Below are positions 11,669-23,177 of a stretch of 64,000 nt of DNA, piece by piece. The notes under the pieces are model-generated. The model did no database searches, was not told the DNA's origin, and saw only the letters and a program-made list of their open reading frames with translations. Each line of letters begins with the position of its first letter. Within the stretch, counting starts at the first letter, position 1. Both the position numbers and the translations under genes were made by a program. Source of the DNA: Macrostomum hystrix (taxonomy: Eukaryota; Animalia; Platyhelminthes); the NCBI GenBank assembly GCA_950097015.1, contig CATNEN010000003.1:5952001-6016000 (forward strand), in the 5' to 3' direction.

Positions 11669-13336
11669 CTACTCGCTCGGAGCAGGAGTCTGTTGCGTTG
11701 CATCGCCACGATTCGCAGCCTGGTTGCTTGACTGATCACTAATTTCCTTGTCTTTCGAGGCAAATAAAAGCGCAAGATCGTGAAGAAATTGCAGCAGCTC
11801 ACAGACAGTCAGCAGGGACATGCCCAGATAGATGCCTAGAATGCCGCCCACGTCTGCGACGAAGCTCTCCAAGCTATATGACCACACGTAGGTGGTGCGA
11901 TCAGCGTTCTGGCTGCGAACCTCCAGCTGCAGCTGTAGAAAGTTTGACCTGACAAAATCTGAGGCCAGCTTACTCGTTGTGCCGAACTCGTTCATGACAC
12001 GCTTTAAGTAGGCCATTGCGGGTAGGCCTGCTAATTCTGTTTCATTCGGAAAGTCCAGATTGTCAAGGAAGCTTCTAAGCGAGTCGGTTGACGGCCAGTT
12101 AACTTCATTCACAGCCGCTAGGTAGCTGCGCTCCGTGCATCTACTAGCCGTTTCGCATTCTTTCAAGGGCTCCTCAAAGTTTAAACTGTTTTGATTATCG
12201 AAAAGCCTGCGAATATCTTCAATGTTTCCCCAGCCGCTGCTCAGATTGTAGATCGATCGATCACTCAGACGCGGCCAAGGCTCCGGTAGGAATGCGCAGG
12301 TGGCATTGAAAGCGCGCAAGAATTGCTTCTGTACAATGGTGTTATGACAGTGCGCGTAAGTGTACGCAAACGTGTAAGGTGATCCATCGAATGGATTAGT
12401 TACTTGGATATCCGGGTGCTTTTCAATGCATTTCGACAAGTCATCTTTGCGTACTTGCTCTGTCATACTTAGCTGCACATTGTAGCCTTTTCCAGCATCC
12501 AGTGTTACAGTGGTGTCAAAAGAGCTAGGCAAATGTCCCGGCTGAGTGACAAACAATGTCAGGGCTGTCCACCTGCCTGGCCACACGAGTGTGTCCCTGT
12601 CCAGGGCCCAGTAGGGAGCTGCTACATTACCGATGGGCGTTGCAAGCTCCGGTAGGTTGGAAGTGCCCATACGAGAATTGGCTGAGTCGATCATCAGCTG
12701 GAGATACAGAGACCTGTTGGGCCCCGTCAACAATTTTCTCTCCGTGCTGTTCAGAGACACAAGAAAGCAGCGAAGATTGCTCGGATGGTAGAACTCAGTG
12801 ACGCGTAAGCCCGAGTAAAGGTGGAACACGCGACTGCTTTGTAAAAGAGAGGCACTGATTACTGTCTGCCTGTAAATATGTCCAAACTTGTTAGCTAAAA
12901 ACGCGTACGGCAAGCTATTTAGCTTCATCAGAGACAACTCATTCTGTCGCAAGGCTGAGCACTCAGTAGCATTCAACTTTGCGCACAAGCTGTTCACAAT
13001 TTCGTCAACTCTGCTGAAGGTTGCATTTAGAAACTCAGCATCGCTACGGTCTAGGACCAGATGCCTACTGCCCGACATTGGACTATCGAAGCAAAAGTAC
13101 AAGTCCGGAAACTCAAACGGCACTGCGTTGGCCAGAAAATGAGTCGTGACCTGGTTGTCGCTGAGCTTGCTGGCGAAGCCGATAAACTGACGCAAAAAGA
13201 GGCAGCAGCAGGCTAGCCAGGCAAGCAGCCAGATGACACGGATGTACAGCTGCTTCTCGTTGACTAGCCGAGCCAGACCGTGCGCATTGGTCCTGGCCAG
13301 TGAAGACTGTACCAGCTGTCTCGCGACTACCTTCAT
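11669..13336 (-). CDS. DEG/ENaC subunit, intronless, 555 aa
   Basis: TNAHG motif, TM1, FEFPDLYFC, and TM2 SFVADVGGILGIYLGMS. Clear paralogue of 1624-3294. Confidence 0.93.
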   Translation of the reverse strand: MKVVARQLVQSSLARTNAHGLARLVNEKQLYIRVIWLLAWLACCCLFLRQFIGFASKLSDNQVTTHFLANAVPFEFPDLYFCFDSPMSGSRHLVLDRSDAEFLNATFSRVDEIVNSLCAKLNATECSALRQNELSLMKLNSLPYAFLANKFGHIYRQTVISASLLQSSRVFHLYSGLRVTEFYHPSNLRCFLVSLNSTERKLLTGPNRSLYLQLMIDSANSRMGTSNLPELATPIGNVAAPYWALDRDTLVWPGRWTALTLFVTQPGHLPSSFDTTVTLDAGKGYNVQLSMTEQVRKDDLSKCIEKHPDIQVTNPFDGSPYTFAYTYAHCHNTIVQKQFLRAFNATCAFLPEPWPRLSDRSIYNLSSGWGNIEDIRRLFDNQNSLNFEEPLKECETASRCTERSYLAAVNEVNWPSTDSLRSFLDNLDFPNETELAGLPAMAYLKRVMNEFGTTSKLASDFVRSNFLQLQLEVRSQNADRTTYVWSYSLESFVADVGGILGIYLGMSLLTVCELLQFLHDLALLFASKDKEISDQSSNQAANRGDATQQTPAPSE

Positions 13337-13789
13337 TTGGATGCTATTTCAGTGGGACGGTAGCAACAGTGTGAGAGTAGATCAACTTCAAGCTGATCGT
13401 TTTGTTCCTTGAGTTCATGGTCGGTCGGTAGGAGGCTTTTTAAGCCAATCGGTGAGACCATTTGTGAGATAGAGGCATTAATAACCAGACTACCCAGGTT
13501 GCTGTGGTCGCTGTAAATATTTGCACAATTTTTCCGGCTTGTCAATTTGCCCGGCTTGTCATGTCGGGACCTACACCCCAGGTTCTTAGGTAAACATAGA
13601 TAATGATCTATTCCCAGGTAGTAGGCCGAAGGAAACAAAGCCAGGTAGACCGGGATTTATGATGTCTGTAAAACAGCGAGTAATTGGAAAGGCGTATATT
13701 TATAATTTGTATGGAAGAGCCTTAATGTATGTAGAAAAAAATCACAGAAGAAAGTTTTGATGAAAGCATGGGAGAGGTTGCGTATATAG

Positions 13790-14045
13790 TGCAGCCGACA
13801 GCTCAGCCGCAGCTATTGCACAGCGCATCGGAAGGCTGCGTACGGCTGTTCAGTCCATGGACTGGGGGCGGACGCCACACCCAACCCTCAACTACCTTAG
13901 CCGATGCTGGTACCCATTTGAACTGTAGCAATGCGGAGTTAAGTGTCTTGCTAAATGACACAAATCGTTCCAGTGAAGATGCGAATCGAACCCCCGACCT
14001 TCCAGTCGTTAGTCCGATGCTCAAACTACTATTCTACAACCCCTT
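13790..14045 (-). mobile_element. SINE family A
   Basis: Near full-length reverse copy (GCAGCCGACAGC...CAGTCCATGGACTGGGGG...GAATCGAACCC). Confidence 0.85.
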
Positions 14046-14449
14046 GCGCATATATACAGGCAGAGGAAGTTCTTGAACTATCCGTAAAAGACAGCCACAG
14101 GAAAAAGTTTCCAGAATGTGAGCACATTATAACAAATAATAGAAATTAGTAATTCCAGAAATATCGTCCCAAAGTATAATTCTTCGTAAATAATTCGTAA
14201 AGTACATGTAGTGAGCATGATTTCCAATCTATCAGTTCTCTGATTTAGCATACGGCAGTCTTAATCTACCGAACGACTAAAATGCTCTTAAATAAACAAT
14301 TAGAGTCGTTCAATTGACATAGAAAGCTAATATATAAATAGCATTATATATTTGTCAAAAGTCCTGACCAAAACCATCGGTGAGGGCAGACTGACAGTGA
14401 TGCTTTATTTTCTTGCAGTATGTTTTTTAGTGTCAGCTGAGTGTACATA

Positions 14450-16396
14450 TCAAGCATTAGCTGCATATACAGCCCTTTGTATCAGCTGGACAGTTGCAGC
14501 CACTGTTTCATCAGACGCGTACGTTGTCTCTCGAGTCAGTTTGCCTACTGGATGAGCCCGAGGTGGACAAGAGCGGGAATAGCTTAGGCGAGACACCCGA
14601 CAAGCTGTACTTGCTAGCGGTAGTGTCAGGCCTAGGTGTGGCTCCAACCACTGCAGCTCATGCGCATCCCTGTCAGTAATGTCGGCCTTTGACGTTGCTG
14701 GAAATTCTTTTGAAGGCCGTGATTTTTGCTGCTGGTGTCTCAGCCGACTTTCAAAAGCGGCGCTGCCGACTCGCTTACCTCGAAACCGCCGCACTTGATT
14801 CGCATCGGTTTCGTCAAGGCGTTGAAACAGTCGACCCTGATAAGAGGGTTCGTAGTGCGGGGCGGTGAGCTGCCCACCGTCTGAATCGACTGATCGGCTA
14901 GAAGCGTCGCAGGCGAGGCCGTGACTAGGCAGCTGTGCCGGCTCCGTGCGGATCGCCAGCTCCTTCAATCGAGCCTGCCGGCGTTGATGACGCTCTAGTC
15001 GAGCTAGTCGAGCTGTGGCAGCTTCAGCGGCTAACATTTTGTCCTGGGCAACGCGGTGCAGCTCCGCCGCAGCCGCTGTAGCCGCCTTCTGACGATCAGC
15101 GTGGCGCTGTTCGAATCCTGGTCGCAGTGTCTCGATGTCTTCGGCAATACGACGAGCGTGTAGTTCCGGCAGAGCCTCTGTTTGAAAAGCCAGAGCATCG
15201 CGTAGCAGTTCCGTCCTAGATAGATCAGACTGGGTCACAATGGTTGGCGTCGAGCGAATTAGAGAGCAGCTCGTTGCAGGACGCCTTCTCGGGCTCATCT
15301 TAGTAGTCACAGATCCTGCCCTTGTCGTTGCTTCATCAGAAAAGTCAGCAAATCTGTTAGATTTTGGGTAGATTAAGGCTCGTGTGTATATTCATCAAAA
15401 ACAATAAAATAGTGATCGTTTTCTTTTAACAAAAGTTATAACTTCAGCTTTGTACCTTGTCCCTCCATCAACTATTCTGTCATCTTCGTCGGTGTCAGTG
15501 TCCATCCAGTTTGCTACGTCACGCCCCTGAATGGCCGATGTCGCTCTAGATGTTGCTCGAGATCTAGAACCGACGCCTGTCGCAGACTCTTTCAGGGCTT
15601 GACGCAATGGCTCAAAGGCGTCACGAATCTCTCGGCTTCGCATCAGCCGATTCTCTCGAAATGTCTGCACCGCACACTGCCGCAGTTGTTTATCTTCTGG
15701 CCTGACTGTCTCGCGAATGTACTGGCGCTCCTCTCTACGATACTCTGCATCTAGGCGGTGCTGAATGCGTTCATCAATCGGCGTTAGCATCTCCTCGAAG
15801 CTGACCATTTCATGCGGTCCCTCGGCCTGTCGCAGAGCGCAACGGGCCTCCTCGCGGTCCAGTGGCCCGGCCCAGAGCGCGAGGTCGATAAACTCGTCCA
15901 GCTGCAGCCTGCCGGGCTCGTGGAAGCGCATGTGTCGAACTCGGTGGGACATCTTGCCCAGAGAGATTGCCCGGCCGCAGGCCTTCAGTGCTCGCATCAC
16001 GGTCCGCGGCTTCGCTTTCAATCCGCGCAAATCCGAGCTCTCGTACAGGCCGTAGGCGATTCTGGTGGTGTACAGTTGTTGAAATGTCATACCTCGACCA
16101 GCTGTGACAGCGAACGCTCGCCGAACAGCCTGCTCGTTCCATTCGCACGAGTGGCTGTTGTAAGTGAAGTCGAAGCCGGACTTAAAGAACTTGCTGCCAA
16201 GAAATGTGTCCAGCTGCGACAACTGGAAGCCGTCCGCTGCGTACTTCACGTCGATGGCCTGCAGGTAGCAGTGCTGCAGAGAGGAGTCTCGATAGCCCAG
16301 GCTTTTAGCCAAACAGGCGCACTCATCCCAGGTGAGTACGGCAGCCTGTCGCGGATAGCTCAGATGAAAGCGAACAGACTGATAGTCGCTCACCAT
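14450..16396 (-). CDS. Uncharacterised protein, about 614 aa, 2 coding exons; possible EF-hand-like segment and coiled coils
   Basis: Exons 16396-15456 and 15353-14450 join in frame through a GT-AG intron. Contains a GRLQLDEFIDL EF-hand-like motif and charged helical stretches. The start codon is uncertain. Confidence 0.65.
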
Positions 16397-16505
16397 TCTT
16401 GGTTGTCTGTTCAAATATTTTCTAGCAAATTCAAATTTTGCTATTCTGTGGTTAAGGCTTGTTTTATTCCATTTTAAAACACAAAAACATTTCAAAGCCC
16501 CGGCA

Positions 16506-16519
16506 GTAACTATGGCTGC
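16506..16519. promoter_or_regulatory. Possible RFX X-box
   Basis: GTAACTATGGCTGC, an imperfect X-box about 110 bp upstream of the ATG at 16396. Confidence 0.3.
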
Positions 16520-17848
16520 GCTCTGATTTCAAACCAAAGGCTAGACTCAAGAGGAGTGTGCGGTTTGTGGGTAGACAGAATAAATGATGAAAGATGAGAA
16601 GTGAGGTGAGCTTCTTCTCTTTTCTTCTCTATTGAACGCGCGCCTGCGAAAACTTCTCTCCTTTCAACATTCCAAACCCTTCCTCTCTCTCCCCCCTACT
16701 CTTTCCATTTAGATTTAGGAGAATATCACTACTATATACTTTTAGAGAAAAAGTTGATGCACTAAATTTTATTTTCTTGCCTCCCTACTGTAAACGGTAT
16801 TTTAGTAGTCCATTTAGAACATTGGCATAAGTTTGATAGCATAACGCAAGTTTTATTGCACAATATTGAGACACGATTTTTGCTAGATTTTCATGTAAGC
16901 ATATAGGTAAGAAGGATATAGAGACTTTTATCCGAATTATTCTCGACTATACGAGCTATGAGTAAGTGTACGGTGCCTTACATTTTTTACATCTATTCTA
17001 GCATTGCCGGCCAGAATAAACTGTCTATATTTAGATTCGTAGATTCGTAGACTTATTTTTTGTTGTCACATGACCACATTACATGTAAGCAGCAACGTGT
17101 TTCTCTATTAGCCACTCTAAGTTGCTAAACTGTGAAATGCAGACGCACTAGAGCCAGCCTTAAAGTAAAAACCCATTGATAAAATGTGTCATTTCCTGAT
17201 TGTCTAAAAATAATCCAGATGGTGACACACAAGAGTGAAGCAGCCAGCACAGCCACCAGTGATGCTAGTGGGTAGGTAAAAGAATTACGCGAGAAGTTGT
17301 AAAAAAATTCTATAAATGTTAGTTAATTTTCTATTTGCACAAAAGCCTTGCACAGGTCGAGAATAGTTTCTTTCTTAATCATATATTTTCAATTATTTAT
17401 TAGAGGAGGTGATAAGCGGATTAAGGAATTTCGTGGAATGATTTGTCACTTCTGATGATCACAGAAAATAATATGAAACACGTACAATACTACCGAACAT
17501 GTGTCCCCAAACAATGCCAATCTGAATACATACGATACAATAAAACGAGACAAAAAATACAATTCTGGTGAAATTTATGTGTACGAGTTTAGGAGCAGCA
17601 ATCAGTCATGCGTTAGTCGATTATAAAAAATAATGTTTATACATGCAAGAGCAGTGTTAAACGTGTCAATTTCACACGTCCAACTTGACAATGTCACATT
17701 ACCGGGAAGCGTGCATAGATATTTATTGATTTGATAGTACCTCTTGCATTCTTGACATCATTGTAACACTAATACAGTATTCCTACTTCTACTCAGCAGA
17801 GATAATGACAATCTTCGAGAAACAATTGTTCATAAGGCGGTCTCATGG

Positions 17849-18877
17849 CTATTGTTCGATGATGCAACCGCAACTGCACGGCTTCAGATCAGCGGTGTGG
17901 CCCTGCGCCCGCTGGTCCTTGGCGTAGGTCTGCAGGATCGACTTCAGCAATGGCGACTTGAGCACTTCTCGGTTGTGCTTCAGGTAGGCCATAAAGCATG
18001 AGAAGGATTGGAATTTGTTTAGCAAAGAGGCGTACTTGAGCTTCTCTTGGTCGAGCTGTCTGTGCATTTCTTGGATTTCTCGCTCGGCCTCGCGTAGTTT
18101 CTGCGGGTAGGATTTTGGAGGACGATGGTAATAAATTAATACTATTCGATATATCGCTACTGCCAGTTTTTTATCGCTCACCTGCTCCTTCTGCTTCTCG
18201 CCAACCTTCTTCTTCTGTCGGCACTTCTTGGCGGCTTCGCGATTTTTCTCGCGTCTAACCCGCTGCAGTTCGAGTGTTTCAGCGCTCACCTGAAGTTGCA
18301 GTTTCATGTCGGGAGCATGTTTTTTGATTACTGATTACTTTGAAAGAAATACTCGTATAATGTCTTTAAGTTTCAAAGTTTTGAAAACGATGCTCACTGG
18401 GTACTCTCTCGGCTTTGAGTCCGCCTCGAGGCCATGGTCCAGTTTGCCCTGCTGCAGCAGCTTCAGTTGAATGCGGCAACTGATTTCCTCCTTGATCAGG
18501 CTGCTCTCCATTCGCTTGTGATCATCTGGCGATCCAGCTGACATAGACGAGTCGTCGTTTGATGGCTGCTGAGATTCTTGAAACCAGGTCTCCAGGAAAC
18601 CCGTTTGCGCTTCCTGCTTGACCACCAACTTCGTGAGATCGTCCACCTGGTACTGGGTGGGATAAGAATGGTTGCTGATAGACGTCATCAGAGCCGAATG
18701 CGTAGTCTGGACGGTGTCAATAGCCGGCTGCTGTGGCGGCTGCTGCACAGACATTGTCGCCACCGGCGCCTGGTCCAGATTGAGGCTATTGAGGAAATTG
18801 TCAAATGTGTCGTCAGTTTCCATGAATCTGGGCGTTGAGATCACCTCAAGTTGTCTTTGGTCGTCTTCGAAAATCAT
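17849..18877 (-). CDS. ATF3/JDP2-like bZIP transcription factor, about 279 aa, 3 exons
   Basis: Exons 18877-18398, 18289-18182 and 18100-17849 (840 nt). Basic region RRE KNREAAKKCRQKKK plus zipper. The KEEISCRIQLK motif resembles ATF3/JDP2 KEELRFAIQ. Confidence 0.8.
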
Positions 18878-18975
18878 ATTCTCTGTAGACTTGTATTTAG
18901 CTTAGGCGAATGCTGCCAACTAAATTGCGATTGTTTTAAACAGGAAAGCTCGCTCAGCGGCTCAAGCTGTTAAGC

Positions 18976-18982
18976 TTTATAA
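18976..18982 (-). promoter_or_regulatory. Putative TATA box of the ATF3-like gene
   Basis: TTATAAA on the minus strand about 100 bp upstream of the ATG, with GC-box-like tracts at 19079-19130. Confidence 0.4.
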
Positions 18983-19427
18983 GGCCGGATAGTGCCTTGT
19001 AAACGGACAGTCCGGGGTATAGACTGGTACTTGCCGAGGACAATTCGTGGGTTTGCCGCGGACCAACCGAAGGTGAAGCGGGGCGGGTGACTTGCGGGGG
19101 TGGCCGACTTGGAACTAAAAGCTGGGGTGGTTGTGGTGATTGTACACGCGATACCCGTACGTATATTCGTTTAATAACGAGCTAGTTCAGGCGGCAGACC
19201 AAGTACATTCGCCCAGAATCAACTTGGAAATTCCATGCAATGATACTCCACGGATCTACCGTGGATTAAACGCGACACCTACAAAAACAGTCGCGTACAG
19301 ATTATAATTTTAATTAAGATAGTTTGCTATTTAGCTCCCGTCTCCGGGTGGCTCAATCATAATCCCCAATAGGGGATAAAAGGCTGGCAAAAAACCTTGG
19401 CAGACGCTAAAAAATGATTTTAATAAT

Positions 19428-19640
19428 TGAATACACCTGCCCTTATTGGGCCACATGTGCAGCTATTGAATCTGATAGCTGCGTATGTCTGCCAGTCCAT
19501 GACTGGGGGGCACACACCCAATTATTACCCCGGCTAGTGCGAATTTAGAAGTCTTGCTTAAGGACAAAATTATATTTGATTTGGAATCAGGAATCGAACC
19601 TTAGACTCGATGCTCGAGCAACTAGTAGGCTACAACCCTT
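19428..19640 (-). mobile_element. SINE family A (degenerate)
   Basis: ACACCTGCCC...CAGTCCATGACTGGGGGG...GGAATCGAACC...GGCTACAACC. Confidence 0.75.
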
Positions 19641-20689
19641 GAACACAAAAAGCTTATAAACAGTACTACAGGATCATGATTAGCTTCTATACGACTACGA
19701 GCCGTACGCCCTACGGGGAGAGTGATACATGGGGTGGGTGACTGATCACGTGACCAATGATAGTTTCGCCCTGGCTGAAATTGCACACCAATCTAGTTAT
19801 AGCTGGCCAGAGACGAACATGGAACTAAAATATTGTTCAAAACATCATAACTCACATTTACCTACTCTTATAAGTAGAAATATGAACATTTTAATGCGAA
19901 ATTTGTACCTTCGGCTCAAAATGCCAACATTTTTATTAGTATTGTACTTCTTCCAGGCAGTGTATATTTGCGCAATTTTGTTGTTGCCTTTTTGCAAGCA
20001 GTAAGCTTTATAAAAATGATTAGTTACATAGCAAATACAAAAGTGGAATCAGCACAACAAAGGTAAATAGCACGGGGTCACTGACTGTACAACTAGATTT
20101 AGCATAAGCAAAATCGACTGTAACTTCAAAAACAAAATTGTAAACCTGTAAATAAATAGATTTTCATAAGAAAAGCCGGGAAATTTGGAGAGACAAAATT
20201 GCATCAATATATCATATACTACTTGCACGTAAGTAGCTATTTAGCAAACAAGGGAATTAAGTCGGTTAGGAGCACCAAGTAGGATTTGAATAAGTTAGTA
20301 AGAAAAGCAACAATAAATATTAAGCTGCGTAAAAAGTTACTACTTATAAAAACATTAGTAGTCAGTAGGCAGCTTTGTTAAACTGTAAATAAATAGTAAA
20401 CTACATTGCGCTAACGAATGCAAGAAAATTAAACTAGCATGCAAGTCCACAAAGCCAAAAGCCGAAATAAAAAAATTGAACAGTGAATAGTAACAAAATA
20501 GTAAAAAAACTGATAAAAATGATTTGAAAAGCTTGTCAATATAATTTAAAATTCGTTACACATTTCAATTACATTGTGAATTGTCATAAACAAACACTCC
20601 TTATAACATAATCAGCAAAAATTTTAAATCGAATTCTTTATTTATTGGGATCCTAATATTTTCAGAATCAGGAAACTTAATCTTAAAGA

Positions 20690-21290
20690 ATGGGGAATTC
20701 CATAAAGAAGAATCAAAGAATCTCAGTCCGGAAGAATGGGGAATCCCAATCTAGAAAAATGGGGAATCCCAATCCTGAAGAATGGGGAATCCCAATCCTG
20801 AAGAATGGGGAATCCCAATCCTGAAGAATGGGGAATCCTAATCCTGAAGAATTGGTAATCCCAATCCTGAAGAATTGGTAATCCCAATCCTGAAGAATGG
20901 GGAGCCTCAATCCTGAAGAATGGGGAATCCCAATCCTGAAGAATGGGGAATCTCAATTCTAAAGAATTGGGAAACCAATCCTGAAGAATGGGGAATCCCA
21001 ATCCTGAAGAATGGGGAGCCTCAATCCTGAAGAATGGGGAATCCTAATCCTGAAGAATGGGGAATCTCAATTCTAAAGAATTGGGAAACCAATCCTGAAG
21101 AATGAGGAATCCCAATCCTGAAGAATGGGGAATCCTAATCCTGAAGAATGGGGAATCCCAATCCTAAAGAATAGGGAATCCAAATCCTGAAGAATGGGAA
21201 ATCCCAATCCTAAAAAATAGGGAATCCCAATCATGTAGAATGGGGAATTCCAATACGGAAGAATCCTGAAGAATTGGGAATCTAAAAGTA
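20690..21290. repeat. 23-bp minisatellite (GAAGAATGGGGAATCCCAATCCT)n
   Basis: Direct tandem copies. Confidence 0.95.
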
Positions 21291-21864
21291 AGAAGTAGAG
21301 AATTAAATTTATGTTCCTACGGAGAAGTTTTCAAATAATTCTGCACTTACAATCAAGTAGGATCTTCTAAAAATTTTCAAAGATAATTTGTTGATAATAA
21401 ATAAAAGTTTTTAAAAGCAAGTTAAATTCGCATGCAGAATTAAGAAAGTTACATAAGACGCAATTGTTAATTAAAATAGAATACAATAAAAACGTTATCA
21501 ATTCTGAACGTGTGGGGACTAGACAGGTGTAAAATTATTCACCAACAACTGGGAAACTCAAACAACGCCATTAAGCACCGACCGTCATGAACGACTACAG
21601 AATGCGTAAAAAATTGTAAAAAACGGCGTAGAAAATTACGAAATCAAGTTAATGCAATGTGTCAGAGTAAGTAGTAGGCGATATATACTACTCAGAGAAG
21701 CACTCGGAACTTACAAACTAAAAAATACTTGTACGCTCGTATGTATACTAGAACACCTTGAAATGCCTGCAGACTAAAAATAGCTGTAAAAACAGCAAAA
21801 GCCAGGATGCTAAAGTTATCTCAAACTTTCAAGCCTGCTGAATTCATGAAGAAACTTACAACCG

Positions 21865-22745
21865 AAATCCTTATTCAGAGAATCTGAATCCTAATCGCGA
21901 TCCTCATAAAGCTAATCCTAATCCCGAGACTCAGAATCCCTGCTACTAAAATCAGAATCCCAGTCCACAGAAGTAGAATCCTAATCAAGAGAATTAGAAT
22001 CCCAATCCTGAGAATCAGAATCCCAATCCTGAGAAGCAGAATCCCAATCCTGAGAATTCTAATCCCAACCTAGAGAAATAGAATCCCAATCCAAAGAAAT
22101 ATAATCCCAATCTTGAGACTTTTAATCCCAATCCAGAGAAATAGAATCCTAATCCTGAGAATTAGAATCCCAATCCTGATAATCAGAATCCCAATCCTGA
22201 GAGTTTAAATCCCAATACTGATAATCAGAATCCCAATCCTGAGAATTTAAATCCCAAAGCTGAGAATTAGAATCCCAATACTGAGAATCAGAATCCCAAT
22301 CCAGAGAAATAAAATCCCAATCTTGAAAATTCTAATCCCAATCCAGAGAAATAGAATCACAATCCTGAGAATTAGAATCCCAATTCTGAGAATTAAAATC
22401 CCAATCCTGAGACTTAGAATCCCAATCATTAGAAGCAGAATCCAAATCCAGAGAAATAAAATCCCAACCCTGAGAATTCTAATCCCAATCCAGAGAAATA
22501 AAATCCTAATCCTGAGAATTACGAGAAGAATCCCTATCCTGGGAATTAGAATCTTAATCCTAATAGTCGGAGTCCTGACAATCTGAATCCCCATTCTGAA
22601 AATCATAATTAGAATTAAAATTATTTAAAGAGAAATCCTAAGAATCATAATCAATCGATGCCGTGAATTAGAATCCCAACGCAGAACTTTAGAATCCCGA
22701 ATCATAACTCTTAGAATTCTAATCATGAGAAGCAGAATGGTATTC
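21865..22745. repeat. 21-bp minisatellite (AGAATCCCAATCCTGAGAATT)n
   Basis: Direct tandem copies. Shares the core AATCCCAATCCTGA with the 23-bp array. Confidence 0.92.
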
Positions 22746-22912
22746 TCGTTAAGCTAATCCTAAATTCGACTATGACAACTCAAATCCTATATATGAAACA
22801 AAATTCCACAACTTAAGAAATACTATTATACTTATATATGCTTTAGTATAACCTGCAGCGGAATATGTAAGTGGAACAAGAAATATAAAATTTTCAAAAA
22901 GCATCAGCCACA

Positions 22913-23145
22913 TCAGAGGCGCAGGAAATTCTCCTGTTTGACAGCAAACAGAGGAGCCAGGTCTGGCGGCAGCACCTGACCTTGCAGTTCAGCGGACTGA
23001 GGCTGCGAATCGTCCAATTCAGCCGCTTGGGCCACATTGATGGCGCCAATGGAGTTCAGATGATTCTGCTGTGCCAGCATTGACGATGCGAAACTTAAAC
23101 TGGGCAGTGAAGAAACTATGGAATGCAACGGCGGTAGGACAGTTG

Positions 23146-23177
<32 letters not shown>

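Noticed and set aside
13530-13655. Imperfect inverted repeat upstream of the third DEG/ENaC gene
   Set aside because: Too degenerate to call an element, with no second copy in the window.
13768-14076. Recurring short ORFs with [11 protein letters not shown] or MGRIASSLAAG peptides
   Set aside because: Translations of SINE A and SINE B copies.
15765-16477. Long antisense ORFs over GC-rich exons (also 24894, 29555, 8119)
   Set aside because: Shadow frames of real coding sequence with no recognisable motifs.
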